Below are positions 41,829 through 52,753 of a stretch of DNA of 64,000 nucleotides, one piece after another. Where the stretch lies: contig DAHVLZ010000009.1 in assembly GCA_027320085.1 (NCBI GenBank), positions 320,001 to 384,000 of the forward strand, written 5' to 3'. A program made the translations under genes and the position numbers. Positions within the stretch are counted from its first letter, which is position 1, and the number at the start of each line of letters is the position of its first letter. Source of the DNA: Pseudomonadota bacterium (GTDB lineage Bacteria; Pseudomonadota; Gammaproteobacteria; JAKAQQ01). The notes beneath the pieces are model-generated. The model worked only from the letters and a program-made list of their open reading frames with translations, made no database searches and was not told the origin of the DNA.

Positions 41829-42950
41829 TTATCGTTCCCGAAGGGCAGGCCACGGTCGGGGTTCAGGGCCGATGTAACCCGCGTCCGGGCGAATCAGTCG
41901 GTTGTTGGCCCTCTGCTCGAATACATGCGCCGACCATCCGCTCGTTCTGGAACAGACAAACAGTGGAGTGAAGAGCGGTGTGGGAATTCCCATGAAATGG
42001 TAGGCTGAGGCGCTGTAGAAATCCAGATTGGGAAAGAGTTTCTTCTCCTCCCACATCACCTGCTCGATCGCCTCCGAGACCGCAAAATAGTGTCGGTCGG
42101 GATGATGTTCTGAAAGCTGGCGCGACCATTCTTTGATGATGGCATTGCGGGGATCGTGGTCCCGGTAGACGCGGTGCCCGAAGCCCATGATTTTTTCCTT
42201 GGCCTCAAGTGCGCGGTGGGTTCCCTGACGGGCCGAGTCGGGCGTCTCGTAGCGCGAGATCATCTCCATGGCCGCTTCGTTGGCTCCGCCGTGGAGCGGT
42301 CCGCGCAGTGTTCCGATTGCACCCGTCAGGCAGGAATGGAAATCGGACAGCGTGCCGGCACAGACCCGTGCGGTGAACGTCGATGCATTGAACTCGTGTT
42401 CCGCATAAAGAATGAGGGACACATCAAGGGCCCGGCACGTGAGCGCCTCCGGCTCCCGACCGTGCAACAGGGTCAGAAAATGGGAGGCAACCGATGCGCC
42501 ACCTTTCCCCGTATCAATCCGCTTCCCGGACCGGTGGTAGTGATGCCAGTAAAGGAGGATGGAAGGGAAAAGTGAGAGCAGGCGGATCGCGGCAGGTACT
42601 GCTTCGCTGAAATCGGTTTCAGGCTCAAGACAGCCCAAGAAGGAACAACCGGTCCGGAGTACATCCATGGGATGGGCAGACGCGGGCAACCACTCTAAGA
42701 GGCGAGCCAGCGGTTCGGGCAGGTCCCGGGCAGACTCCAGGGCTCGGACAAAACCGGCAAGCGCCTCGCGGTTCGGCGCACATCCATAAAGGAGTAGGTA
42801 GGCTACTTCTTCGAAGCTGGCGTCCCGAGCCAGCGACTCGATCGGATAGCCGCGGTAAGTGAGCCCGACTCCTTCCTTTCCAACCGTGGAGATTGACGTT
42901 TCGCCGGCGATGACGCCAGCCAGTCCACCGGTTTTTTTGCTCTCAGTCAT
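41829..42950 (-). CDS. prpC: 2-methylcitrate synthase
   Basis: [42 protein letters not shown]; between prpB and prpD. Confidence 0.95.
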   Translation of the reverse strand: MTESKKTGGLAGVIAGETSISTVGKEGVGLTYRGYPIESLARDASFEEVAYLLLYGCAPNREALAGFVRALESARDLPEPLARLLEWLPASAHPMDVLRTGCSFLGCLEPETDFSEAVPAAIRLLSLFPSILLYWHHYHRSGKRIDTGKGGASVASHFLTLLHGREPEALTCRALDVSLILYAEHEFNASTFTARVCAGTLSDFHSCLTGAIGTLRGPLHGGANEAAMEMISRYETPDSARQGTHRALEAKEKIMGFGHRVYRDHDPRNAIIKEWSRQLSEHHPDRHYFAVSEAIEQVMWEEKKLFPNLDFYSASAYHFMGIPTPLFTPLFVCSRTSGWSAHVFEQRANNRLIRPDAGYIGPEPRPWPALRER

Positions 42951-43855
42951 CGGGGCTTCTCCTCGGAAAATGATGCAGGTATCGGTTGCGCACCAAAAAG
43001 CTGATCGAGCTTCCGTTCGTATTCCCAATACGCGAGCACCTGGTAAAGGGCATCACGGGTCTGGAGCCGGTCCATGATCGACTTCTGGCTCCCGATCTGG
43101 CGGATCGTTGCGTAGGTTTCCTGTGCAGCCAATCCCATTGCACGGAATGCGGTCAAGGGATAGAGCACAAGACGGACCCCTGCCGCGCGGAATTCATCAC
43201 GATCAAAAATCGGTGTCCGTCCAAACTCGGTGGCATTGGCAAGCACTGGAACAGAAACTGCCCGTGCTAGAGCTGCATAGGATTCGAGGTCGGTCAGCGC
43301 CTCTGCAAAAATGGAGTCCGCCCCCACCTCGACATAGGCCTGAGCCCGCTGGATTACCCCTTCCAGCCCTTCACTCGCGAACGCATCCGTTCGGGCCATG
43401 ACAACCTGATCCGGATCGGTTCGCGCATCGACCGTGGCCCGGATTCGATCCTGCATCTCGGTGACACTGACAAGCTGTTTGCCCGGGCGATGCCCACATC
43501 GCTTCGCTGATATCTGATCTTCGATGTGAAAAGCAGCAACGCCCACCCGGGTCAACTCGTGGACCATGCGGGCAATGTTGAGGGCGGTGCCAAACCCCGT
43601 ATCGACGTCCACCAAGAGCGGAAGTGATGTCACGTCGGTAATACGTCGGGCCTCCTCCACCACCTCGCTAAGCGTGGTCAGCGCCAGGTCTGGCAGTCCA
43701 AAGGCTGCGTTGGCCACACCCGCACCTGACAGGTAGAGAGCACGGAAACCCGCTTCTCCGGCCAGCCGGGCACAGTAGGCGTTGATCACTCCGACCACCT
43801 GCAACGGACACTCCGTGTCCCAGGCAGCTCGGAACCGTTGTCCCGGGGTCATCAC
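42947..43855 (-). CDS. prpB: 2-methylisocitrate lyase
   Basis: [20 protein letters not shown]...[14 protein letters not shown]. Confidence 0.96.
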   Translation of the reverse strand: MMTPGQRFRAAWDTECPLQVVGVINAYCARLAGEAGFRALYLSGAGVANAAFGLPDLALTTLSEVVEEARRITDVTSLPLLVDVDTGFGTALNIARMVHELTRVGVAAFHIEDQISAKRCGHRPGKQLVSVTEMQDRIRATVDARTDPDQVVMARTDAFASEGLEGVIQRAQAYVEVGADSIFAEALTDLESYAALARAVSVPVLANATEFGRTPIFDRDEFRAAGVRLVLYPLTAFRAMGLAAQETYATIRQIGSQKSIMDRLQTRDALYQVLAYWEYERKLDQLFGAQPIPASFSEEKPR

Positions 43856-43896
43856 TCATCTCCAGTGTACGACCGTGTATTTTACACTGTGACCGG

Positions 43897-44931
43897 TCAA
43901 AGTTCCGAGTGGATGCGAACTACGATTCGTCCGAAATGCGGGGGATACTTCGGGGACGCAAAGAAAGTGGGTAGTTCATCAAAAGCCAGTTGATGAGGAG
44001 CCATTCGCGCAAGCGCCCGAGGTCGCCAGGCGTTGGCCAGACGAGTCCAGAGGTCTCGCCGGACAGCCGGTTCTACCTGAGTCGAGTTGATCCCGATCAA
44101 ACGCACGCCACGCAGGATAAATGGGAAAACAGAGGTTTCAAGTCGTGGGGATGCGGCCATACCAATGGCAGCAATCACTGCCTGAGGCCGTGCAGAGCGG
44201 ATCATCCAGGAAAGGACCGATCCACCCAGATTGTCGACACCTGCTGCCCATTGTCCACGGAGCATCGGTCGAGGGTTCAGATCAGCCCCAATTTCAGTAG
44301 AGTCGAGCACTTCGCGAGCACCAAGATCCAGAAGCTCGCGTTGCCAGGAACCCTGACGGGTTAGCGCAGTGACCGTATATCCCTGTCCAGCTAATAAATC
44401 CACCATGAAACAGCCGACCCCACCATTCGCCCCACTCACGACCACTGATCCGGATTCGGGTCCAACCCTCCCCTCCCGGATTGCCTGGTAAGCCAAGGCT
44501 GCCGTGAATCCCGCAGTCCCAATCTGCATTGCCTCAAGTGGGGTAAACAGAGGATCCAGTCTGACCAGTTGTTCGGGATCGAGCCGTGTGTACTCGGCAT
44601 ATCCACCGTCGCGCGTCTCGCCTAACCCACCTCCGACAGCAGCCACCTGACAGCCCACCGGAAAGACGGGATCCCCGGAATCAATGACCTCCCCCGAGAG
44701 ATCAATCCCCCCGACCAACTGGCTCCTCCTCAGAATTTGGCCCCTCCCGGTCGCTGCCAGAAGATCTTTGTAGTTGATGCCCGAGTAGTGAACACGGATT
44801 CCAATGGATCCCGGATCCAATGTCTCCCATGAAATTCGCTCCTGACAGACCTCGATACCCCCTGCTTCCTGGCGAAAGCGAAGTACACGAAAGGGTTTGT
44901 CCGGGATGCTCACGGTTGGCGCGAGATCCAA
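43897..44931 (-). CDS. YhdH/AcuI family acrylyl-CoA reductase-like oxidoreductase
   Basis: YSGINYKD, GIDLSG, IGTAGFTAAL, GANGGVG, PFILRGVRLIGINS. Confidence 0.85.
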   Translation of the reverse strand: MDLAPTVSIPDKPFRVLRFRQEAGGIEVCQERISWETLDPGSIGIRVHYSGINYKDLLAATGRGQILRRSQLVGGIDLSGEVIDSGDPVFPVGCQVAAVGGGLGETRDGGYAEYTRLDPEQLVRLDPLFTPLEAMQIGTAGFTAALAYQAIREGRVGPESGSVVVSGANGGVGCFMVDLLAGQGYTVTALTRQGSWQRELLDLGAREVLDSTEIGADLNPRPMLRGQWAAGVDNLGGSVLSWMIRSARPQAVIAAIGMAASPRLETSVFPFILRGVRLIGINSTQVEPAVRRDLWTRLANAWRPRALARMAPHQLAFDELPTFFASPKYPPHFGRIVVRIHSEL

Positions 44932-45863
44932 TGATCAAGGCCCATGGCATTCAGACGGATATCGAAAGGAAGCAGCTGTTCGTAGACAGTGATCGCATCG
45001 GCAACTCCATGTTCCTTCAGGCGGTTAACCGTATGCAGTTGGAGCGCACTAAAAATAGCTTCATGTCTCTCTGGCGCATCGCGATACTTTTTCGCCGTTT
45101 CTTCATAAAAATCGATCTCTACACGAAGGGTTTGGGCCAGTGCCTCAAGAAAGCGGTCGACCCGACTGTAATGCGCAAGGAATATCCTCTGTGGACTGAC
45201 CGTCATAATGCGGTTCAGCGTTACGCGTGCCTCTAACGGATCAAACTGCGTTGGTGTCGTGGTGGGGAAAACAAAAGAACCTTTTTTTGTCTCGAGTTCC
45301 CGATAAGCGATGCCAAAACAATCGCCCGCAAAAACCCCCTGGCTTTGTGGGTCGTAAAGACAGAAATGGTGCCGTGCATGTCCCTCGGTATGCCAGATTT
45401 CAAGCCGTGTATCGCCGAGAATCATCCATTCCCCATCCTCCACGCTCTGGATCCGCTCTTCCGGGATTGGAACAAGATGCCCGAAAAGTTGGGCGAATGC
45501 ATCGTTTCCATAAACCGCTCGCGTGGCGGTCTCCAACCGTCCCGGATCGATCATGTGAGGCACCCCACGCGGATGTAGAACGGCCCGAGCGTTTGGGAGC
45601 ATCCTCATCAACTCTCCAGCCCCACCCGCGTGATCGAGATGAACATGGGTAATGAACAGATAGCGAACCTGCGAGGCACTCAGACCGAAATGATCTAGTG
45701 CACCCAGCAGACGGGGAACCGCTGAGTTGGCGCCTACATCGACGAATGCAGCCTCACCCTTCCGGACAAGCAGGTGGCTGGCCATCGCCCCGGGGCGGAA
45801 ATATCCCGAGTCAATGGCATGGATGCCATCTCTGTACGATTCGATCTCTGGAGGTCCACTCAT
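44910..45863 (-). CDS. MBL-fold metallo-hydrolase
   Basis: THVHLDHAGG, GHARHH, FAGD, LAHY. Confidence 0.9.
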   Translation of the reverse strand: MSGPPEIESYRDGIHAIDSGYFRPGAMASHLLVRKGEAAFVDVGANSAVPRLLGALDHFGLSASQVRYLFITHVHLDHAGGAGELMRMLPNARAVLHPRGVPHMIDPGRLETATRAVYGNDAFAQLFGHLVPIPEERIQSVEDGEWMILGDTRLEIWHTEGHARHHFCLYDPQSQGVFAGDCFGIAYRELETKKGSFVFPTTTPTQFDPLEARVTLNRIMTVSPQRIFLAHYSRVDRFLEALAQTLRVEIDFYEETAKKYRDAPERHEAIFSALQLHTVNRLKEHGVADAITVYEQLLPFDIRLNAMGLDHWISRQP

Positions 45864-46369
45864 GACTGCAATCCATTGAACAACTGACCCGCAGGCGGAA
45901 GTGCAAGAAGAAGTTCGGTTTCGAGAGTGGCAGGTTCCACCTCTGATGGAAACCGGGCTATCAGACGACCCTGTGGACCCACGAGGAATTTCTCGAAGTT
46001 CCACCGGACATCACCAGGGAAACCCTGCTGGGTATCGAGGAGCCAGGCAAACAGAGCATGACGGCCAGTCCCATTGACTTCTAACTTGCGGGTTAACGGG
46101 AACGTGACGTGATAACGATCCCGGCAGAAAGTAAGAATCTCCGGCTCTGCGCCCGGTTCCTGGCCACCAAACTGATTGCAGGGGATGCCGAGAAGGCAAA
46201 AACCACGCTCGTGATGGCGGAGATAAAGAGCCTCAAGGCCTTGGTACTGCGGCGTATAACCACAACGGCTCGCCACGTTGACCACAAGTACGGTTTTCCC
46301 ACGGTAGTCTCCAAAACGGATCGTTCTTCCGTCAATTCCCTCGATTTCAATATCGTAAAACCGACTCAT
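45860..46369 (-). CDS. glutathione peroxidase family protein (Cys type)
   Basis: [25 protein letters not shown]. Confidence 0.95.
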   Translation of the reverse strand: MSRFYDIEIEGIDGRTIRFGDYRGKTVLVVNVASRCGYTPQYQGLEALYLRHHERGFCLLGIPCNQFGGQEPGAEPEILTFCRDRYHVTFPLTRKLEVNGTGRHALFAWLLDTQQGFPGDVRWNFEKFLVGPQGRLIARFPSEVEPATLETELLLALPPAGQLFNGLQS

Positions 46370-48339
46370 GAAACTTTCTCACTCGATTCCGGTTGCTGAA
46401 GCATCGGGAGTATCTGATGGTCCGGCACTTCGCTCCGCCGCAGATAAACTAAAAGCAAAGCAAGCGCGGCAGGTGTCATCCCATCAATCGCGGAAGCCTC
46501 CTGCAGGGTTTTTGGGCGAGCGAGACGGAGTTTCGTGGCCAACTCCCGGGATAGACCAGGTACTCGATCAAAATCGAAATGGTGTGGGAATTGCCGTTTG
46601 AGCTCCCGTTCAAGACGTTGGCGCTCGAGCCGCTGGCGGTCGAGATACCCCGCATAACGCAGCTCGATCTCGATACCGAGACCGATCCGTGGGTCATCAA
46701 GTCCAGGTCCGAGACCGGGAAACGTCATAAGTCGTGCGTAATTGAGTTCCGGCCGACGGAGGAGATCAAGCGCCGAAGTGGATTCCTCCAGACGAATCCC
46801 GAAGTCTGACGCCACTTGCTGAACTTCTGGATCTAGGGGATTGATCGCCCAGCACGCCAATCGCTCCTGTTCGGCGGTTGCCTGTCGGGCTCTCTCCTCG
46901 AAAATCCGCCATTGGATGTCGCTAATCAAACCAAGGGTACGCGCGACCGGCGTCAGACGCTGGTCCGCATTGTCACTCCGCAGAAAAAGCCGGTATTCGG
47001 CACGGCTTGTGAACATTCGATAGGGTTCCCGTGTCCCCCGCACCGTCAGATCGTCAATCAAGACTCCGATGTAACTATTCTCCCGTTGTGGATACCAAAG
47101 ATCCCGGCCGGATGCCCGGAGCGCCGCATTGATCCCGGCCACAAGCCCTTGTGCTGCTGCTTCCTCGTAACCTGTCGTTCCATTGATCTGTCCGGCAAAG
47201 AACAGGCTGGTCAATTGACGGGTCTCGAGCGTGTGGTAGAGGTTCCGGGGATCAAAATAATCGTACTCGATGGCATATCCAGGCCGGGTCAGGTGGGCTT
47301 GCTCAAGTCCAGGAATGGTTCGTACAAAGGCCTGCTGTACATCAAAAGGCAGACTGGTCGAGATGCCGTTGGGATACAGTTCGGGCGTGTCCAGCCCTTC
47401 GGGTTCAAGAAAGATCTGGTGGCGGGTCCGATCGACAAAGCGGGTCACCTTGTCCTCGATCGACGGACAGTAACGGGGGCCGATTCCCTCGATCGCGCCG
47501 CTAAACATTGGTGACCGACCGAGGTTATCTCGAATGATCTCGTGTGTTTCCTCGTTGGTATATGTAATGTGGCAGACGACTTGGTGCAGTGTATCGGGAG
47601 GGGCGGATGTAAAAGAAAAGTATGGGGGGGGAGATTCCCCCTCCTGACGTTCAAGGCGGGAAAAATCGACCGTGCGACCATCAATACGAGGTGGCGTACC
47701 AGTCTTCAGCCGACCAACGGGCAAGGAAAGTTCGCGCAATCGTGTGGCCAAACGGTTGGACGGAGGGTCCCCGAAACGTCCACCGCTCAACTGTGCCTCA
47801 CCGACATGAATGCGTCCACCCAAAAAGGTGCCGACGGTCAGGACAATTGACGGGGCGAAAAAACAACAGTCAAACTCAGTTCGTACCCCTAACACCCGAT
47901 CCCGTTCCATGAGGAGATCAGCGACTGACTGCTGGGCTATCCAAAGCCCCGGGGTCGTCTCGAGTCTTCGGCGAATGGCTTGCCTGTAAAGCACCCGATC
48001 ACATTGGGCACGGACCGCGCGGACGGCGTATCCCTTACTCGCATTGAGTGTCCGCCAATGGATACCGGCTTGGTCTGCAGCCCATCCCATGATTCCACCC
48101 ATGGCATCGATTTCCCGGACAAGGTGCCCCTTGCCGATCCCGCCCACTGCCGGATTACAGCTCATCTGTCCCAAGGTTTCGATGTTCTGCGTCAAAAGAA
48201 GGGTCAGGGCACCCATCCGAGCTGCAGCATGGGCAGCCTCTGTTCCGGCATGCCCACCCCCTATGACAATGACGTCGTAGTGCACCTCGGCACTCGCTCT
48301 GGATTGATACATAGATCCACCCTCTGCTCTATTTATCAT
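46366..48339 (-). CDS. mnmG: tRNA U34 carboxymethylaminomethyl modification enzyme (GidA); start may be 48312
   Basis: [50 protein letters not shown]. Confidence 0.98.
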   Translation of the reverse strand: MINRAEGGSMYQSRASAEVHYDVIVIGGGHAGTEAAHAAARMGALTLLLTQNIETLGQMSCNPAVGGIGKGHLVREIDAMGGIMGWAADQAGIHWRTLNASKGYAVRAVRAQCDRVLYRQAIRRRLETTPGLWIAQQSVADLLMERDRVLGVRTEFDCCFFAPSIVLTVGTFLGGRIHVGEAQLSGGRFGDPPSNRLATRLRELSLPVGRLKTGTPPRIDGRTVDFSRLERQEGESPPPYFSFTSAPPDTLHQVVCHITYTNEETHEIIRDNLGRSPMFSGAIEGIGPRYCPSIEDKVTRFVDRTRHQIFLEPEGLDTPELYPNGISTSLPFDVQQAFVRTIPGLEQAHLTRPGYAIEYDYFDPRNLYHTLETRQLTSLFFAGQINGTTGYEEAAAQGLVAGINAALRASGRDLWYPQRENSYIGVLIDDLTVRGTREPYRMFTSRAEYRLFLRSDNADQRLTPVARTLGLISDIQWRIFEERARQATAEQERLACWAINPLDPEVQQVASDFGIRLEESTSALDLLRRPELNYARLMTFPGLGPGLDDPRIGLGIEIELRYAGYLDRQRLERQRLERELKRQFPHHFDFDRVPGLSRELATKLRLARPKTLQEASAIDGMTPAALALLLVYLRRSEVPDHQILPMLQQPESSEKVS

Positions 48340-48531
48340 ATCGTGTCTCTCAACCCGGGATCAGGGCATGCCCCCTGATCTACGGCGCCTTTGATCATCG
48401 TCTGTAACCGTCGAGACTATACCGAGACTATACTTGTTTGACAGCAGACCCAATTACCCGGATGCCATTAAAATTACCCTGACACAACCCATTACAAACC
48501 GGTCTCAGCACTGCAACCGGAGGAGGTATCC

Positions 48532-49008
48532 ATGTCTACACGAACGAGAGTGCTTGCCATCACTCTTCCCATCGTGACCCTTATTCTCCTGGGGATTCCT
48601 TGGAGTACGGCTCGAATCACACCCGTGGACCCCCCGCACACTCCCCCTCGGGTTCTGCCGTGGGCGCCGGTTCCCATGCTGATGCCCATTGTCTGGCATA
48701 GTGCGGTCGAACTGCGTCTGACCCTCCCACAGGAAAACAGCCTCTTGAAGTGGCGGGATGATCAGCTGCGCACATGGGCCACCTATCGCCACCAGTTCAT
48801 ACAAGACAACCTAGCCCTCAGAAAGGCCTTACTGGATGGCAAGCCGGAAAACGCCCTGAATACTCTCGTGGCCGCCGTGCACAAAGATCAAACCCGAATG
48901 CTTGATACCGGGATCGACCAGGTGGAATACCTGCACCGGCTCCTCACCCCAAAGCAGTGGAAACGACTGATTGCGCTCTACCGGCTCCGGAAGATGCGAG
49001 GAGGGTAG
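48532..49008 (+). CDS. Spy/CpxP-like periplasmic protein (LTxxQ)
   Basis: Signal peptide, LRLTLPQ and LLTPKQ motifs, helical; GGAGGAGG SD. Confidence 0.7.
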   Translation: MSTRTRVLAITLPIVTLILLGIPWSTARITPVDPPHTPPRVLPWAPVPMLMPIVWHSAVELRLTLPQENSLLKWRDDQLRTWATYRHQFIQDNLALRKALLDGKPENALNTLVAAVHKDQTRMLDTGIDQVEYLHRLLTPKQWKRLIALYRLRKMRGG

Positions 49009-49134
49009 CACCGACGATTCATCCATCGGTAAACGGCTAGAAATCCTTAGCGGAGAAAATAGCCGTAGGCTACTCACCCTATTCACAACTGCGGGCTCCA
49101 GAATCCTTCTGGTGGAAGGATTTCCCGGACCCAT

Positions 49135-50478
49135 TCACTTGCCGATACAGAAAGTGGAAAAGATCGCCCCCAAGAGCGCTTCGGTTTCCGGTGGATCAAG
49201 AATTTGCCCTAGCGCTACTTGTGCCCGTCGAACCCCCTCGGCCATGAGCTCGAAAGGCTCATTGCGTTCTAGAGCAATTCGTGCCATGCGGATTTCCTGC
49301 CGGCACAGCGACAACGCATCCAGATGACGAGGACGGGCGAGCAGGAGATCCGTTGACCCGTCAGTTGCCGAGCGAACCTCGTCCAAGATGGCGGTTTGGA
49401 GTTCAGCAACCCCCTCCCCAGTTTCAGCGGACAGTGCAAAGGACTGGGCATCCTCGCGTCCTGGTTTCCGTCCGCTCCGGTCGATCTGATTGTGGATTCT
49501 CCAGATCGGACGGTATCCCACCCATTGTCGCTGCCGGCTATCGTCCTCCGGATGCCAACCCACGGTATCGTCGATTACGTGGAGCACAAGATGGGCCCGT
49601 TCCACAGCATTCAAGGCTCGGCGAATCCCTTCTTGTTCGATTGGATCCCGAGATTCCCGAAAGCCAGCCGAATCAATAATATGCAGGCGCATCCCTTCCC
49701 ATATGCAATCGGCCTCAAGGAGATCCCGTGTTGTTCCAGGCAGTGGGGTGACGATGGCCTTCGACTCACCGACAAAACGATTGAACAAAGTGGATTTTCC
49801 AGCGTTGACGGGCCCAGCCAGAACAACGGTCCAACCCTGTCTCAGAGTCATTCCTGCCTCTCCGCGATTAATAAGCCGACCCAGATCTCCTTCGAGAGCC
49901 TCAAGGACAGAAGCGGTAGCAGAGGATGATGAAGGCACCACCTCTTCTCCGAAATCGATCTGGGCCTCGGCTTGGACCCGAAGAGCCTGGATCCGCTCCC
50001 CGAGACAGCGGACCTCCTGTGAGAAAACACCAGAAAGCGATTTGAGCGCGGCACGGGCAGCAGCTCGACTTTCAGCATTGATAAGATCCGCGACAGCTTC
50101 AGCTTGAGCAAGGTCCAAGCGACCATTCAGAAACGCACGCTCGGAAAATTCACCCGGCCGGGCCAATCGAGCTCCCTGCTCGCAGAACACCTGAATCAAA
50201 GCTTCGACCGTAACCGGACTTCCATGACCCTGGAACTCGACCAGGTCCTCTCCCGTGTACGAGTGAGGCCGTACGAAACGGATGACCAAGCCGGAATCGA
50301 TCTCGCAGTTCTGCGTATCGCGGAACATTCGAACCCGGGCCATCTGGGGAGGAGGGAGTGAACCCGCAACCCGTTCGGCCAAGACGAATGACCCCTCGCC
50401 GCTCAACCGCACAATGCTCACGGCGCCAATTCCTGCTGGTGTGGCCCCGGCAACTATAATGTCGCGCCTTATGGTCAT
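49135..50478 (-). CDS. mnmE: tRNA modification GTPase (TrmE)
   Basis: SYTGED, GEFSERAFLNG, GPVNAGKS, GTTRD, IFSTFCIGK. Confidence 0.97.
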   Translation of the reverse strand: MTIRRDIIVAGATPAGIGAVSIVRLSGEGSFVLAERVAGSLPPPQMARVRMFRDTQNCEIDSGLVIRFVRPHSYTGEDLVEFQGHGSPVTVEALIQVFCEQGARLARPGEFSERAFLNGRLDLAQAEAVADLINAESRAAARAALKSLSGVFSQEVRCLGERIQALRVQAEAQIDFGEEVVPSSSSATASVLEALEGDLGRLINRGEAGMTLRQGWTVVLAGPVNAGKSTLFNRFVGESKAIVTPLPGTTRDLLEADCIWEGMRLHIIDSAGFRESRDPIEQEGIRRALNAVERAHLVLHVIDDTVGWHPEDDSRQRQWVGYRPIWRIHNQIDRSGRKPGREDAQSFALSAETGEGVAELQTAILDEVRSATDGSTDLLLARPRHLDALSLCRQEIRMARIALERNEPFELMAEGVRRAQVALGQILDPPETEALLGAIFSTFCIGK

Positions 50479-50485
50479 CGACTGA

Positions 50486-52156
50486 TCAGCGGTGGGCTTT
50501 TGCTGCCTCGCGCATCACAACCCGATTGATGTGCCATTGCTGACCAATCCCGAACAGTCCGCTCACAACCCAGTAAAGGACGAGACCACTCGGCATCACA
50601 CTGGCCAAGAGTGTTGTGACAAGCGGCAAAAACACCATGAGAATACGCCTCTGGTTCTTGTCCATTGTCGCCGCTTGTGGCATGACCCGCTGCTGGACCA
50701 GCATGGTCAGTCCATAAAAAACCGGCATGATGTACAGCGGGTCTGGGGCCGACAGATCGCGGATCCAGAACATGAATGGCGCATGCCGGAGCTCAACACT
50801 CGCAAGCAGAACCCAATAGAGCGCAATGTAAATGGGAAATTGAACCACCATAGGCAAACAGCCTGAAACTGGATTTATTTTTTCTTTCTTGAAAAGCTCG
50901 AGAGTCGCCCGGTAGCTTTGCTCACGGTCGTCCTTAAAGCGTTCCTGGATGGCCTTGATACGAGGCTGCACGGCTTGAATCCGTGCCATAGAGCGACCAC
51001 CCTTATGCTGAAGCGGGAAGAAAAGCAGCTTGATCAACAATACAAGCAGGATGATCGCGATCCCCCAGTTGCCAACCCACTGCTGGATCCATGACAAGAT
51101 GAGGTAGAGCGGTTGCGATAAAACAGCAAGAAAACCATAGTCCACCGTCTGGGCTAATCCCGGGGCAATGGCTCCCAGATGCCTCTGCCGCTTGGGTCCA
51201 ACATAAAGCTCGACCCGTCCACGAACTTGCTGGCCTGGCAGGATGCGATTCCCAGGCCCAAGAGCGCCTAGCCAGTAATGCGTCTTGGAAAGAGAGCGGG
51301 CATAGTAGTGCCAAGGGGTTTTCGCGGGCGGGATCAGAGCAGCCAGAAAATAATGGTTGGTATAGGCAATCCAGCCGCCAGCCCGAAGCATCGTGAACGT
51401 TTTTTTCTGAATCCGGGAATGGGAAAGTTCGTGGTAAGCCTTTCCGTTGTAGTACGCGGCACCCCGATAGATAAAGTTCTGCGGCAAGAAGTGTCCCAGA
51501 AATGAAACGTGGACGGTGGGGCGGGCGTGTTCCAAGCCCATGAGTGGCGCACCCGACCAAGGTGAACTGGAAAGGTTAACTACTGTGCTCTCCACACGGA
51601 TGCGATAGCTCCGGGGATAAAAAAACCAACGTTCCTCAATTCGGATCCCATGATCTGTCCAGACCAGAGGAACCATAAGCGTACGAGAACCAGATCTCAA
51701 AACGTAGCGTCGATGGGCGCTTTTAAACTCTCCGGTCAGCCCGGGAGCATCTGAACCCTTGAGCCCGACCCAGGTAACCATGCCCATCAGGCGTCTTTTA
51801 CCATGATCATCAAACCAGTCCACCGGTGGACTGTTCGCCGCCAGAGTCTTGGGGTAATGCACCAGTTCGAGGTGACGGAGCCGGCCTCCCGCGAGATCTA
51901 GGCGTATTCGGTAGAGGTCAGTCTGGATACGAACAATCCCACCCGGGTGCCTGTGGACAACTACCGGGATCGCTCGGGGAGCTTCGGTAACTGACGACAC
52001 CCTTGGCAAAACAGAAGTATGGGAAGACTGGGCAGCTATATGGGTGGAAGCAACTGTCACGGCGGGAGGTCTTGAAAACTCAAGCTCCCATGCGTTCCAC
52101 ATCAGGTAAACCACGGCCGCAAGACTCAGCCAAAGCAGGAGACGACGGTTATCCAC
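50486..52156 (-). CDS. yidC: membrane protein insertase
   Basis: YVGPK, VDYG, GNWGIAII, NPVSGCLP, WIRDLSAPDP, GLVLYW. Confidence 0.96.
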   Translation of the reverse strand: MDNRRLLLWLSLAAVVYLMWNAWELEFSRPPAVTVASTHIAAQSSHTSVLPRVSSVTEAPRAIPVVVHRHPGGIVRIQTDLYRIRLDLAGGRLRHLELVHYPKTLAANSPPVDWFDDHGKRRLMGMVTWVGLKGSDAPGLTGEFKSAHRRYVLRSGSRTLMVPLVWTDHGIRIEERWFFYPRSYRIRVESTVVNLSSSPWSGAPLMGLEHARPTVHVSFLGHFLPQNFIYRGAAYYNGKAYHELSHSRIQKKTFTMLRAGGWIAYTNHYFLAALIPPAKTPWHYYARSLSKTHYWLGALGPGNRILPGQQVRGRVELYVGPKRQRHLGAIAPGLAQTVDYGFLAVLSQPLYLILSWIQQWVGNWGIAIILLVLLIKLLFFPLQHKGGRSMARIQAVQPRIKAIQERFKDDREQSYRATLELFKKEKINPVSGCLPMVVQFPIYIALYWVLLASVELRHAPFMFWIRDLSAPDPLYIMPVFYGLTMLVQQRVMPQAATMDKNQRRILMVFLPLVTTLLASVMPSGLVLYWVVSGLFGIGQQWHINRVVMREAAKAHR

Positions 52157-52415
52157 GGTTAGGGATTCCTCTCAGCCGGCCCGGCGGAACCGGATCTTCA
52201 CCACCTTCCGACCAGGGATTGCACCGTGCGAGGCGCCATAGGATGAGTACCATCCCCCGAAAGAGGCCATGCTCCCGGAGAACACCTTCGGCATAAGCAG
52301 AGCAGGTAGGCTCGAAGCAGCATTGCCCGCCCCAGACCGGACTTCCCCAGCGCTGGTAAAAATGGATCAGCGTGATCAGGACTGAGGAGATCCCGTGGAT
52401 TCTACTTTTCGCCAT
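52149..52415 (-). CDS. yidD: membrane protein insertion efficiency factor
   Basis: YQRWGSP...CCFEPTCSAY...RLARCNPW..GGEDPVP. Confidence 0.92.
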   Translation of the reverse strand: MAKSRIHGISSVLITLIHFYQRWGSPVWGGQCCFEPTCSAYAEGVLREHGLFRGMVLILWRLARCNPWSEGGEDPVPPGRLRGIPNRG

Positions 52416-52735
52416 AGTTTCTTGACATCTTCATATAGTGCCTGCCGTTCTGCGCCCCGACCACCAGACTTGGCTACGAGCACGATATCGAGTTGACAAC
52501 GGTCTAGCTCCTTGAGGAGTCGAAAGGTCTGCCGGGCTTGGCGCTTGATGAGATTTCTGCGGACTGCAAGCCCAGCAGATTTTCTAGAGATTGCAAGACC
52601 CAAACGCGAGCCTGGACCTGAGCCTGGCAACACGAAAGCCACGAAAAACTGGCTATGGACTTTCGTTCCGTTCTCGAAAACCCGTTCAAATTCCTCGGGC
52701 CGGGTCAGTCGATTCCCGCAATTTTTCGACCCCAA
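52376..52735 (-). CDS. rnpA: ribonuclease P protein component
   Basis: RL...EFERVF, RLGLAISRK, AVRRNLIKR. Confidence 0.93.
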   Translation of the reverse strand: MGSKNCGNRLTRPEEFERVFENGTKVHSQFFVAFVLPGSGPGSRLGLAISRKSAGLAVRRNLIKRQARQTFRLLKELDRCQLDIVLVAKSGGRGAERQALYEDVKKLWRKVESTGSPQS

Positions 52736-52753
52736 GGAACTGGGCCAGCCTCG

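Noticed and set aside
45860-46369. Selenocysteine glutathione peroxidase
   Set aside because: The active-site codon is TGT (Cys); there is no in-frame TGA.
48340-48531. E. coli-type oriC next to mnmG/gidA
   Set aside because: Only three GATC sites, no DnaA boxes and no AT-rich 13-mers; the dnaA-dnaN gap is the better candidate.
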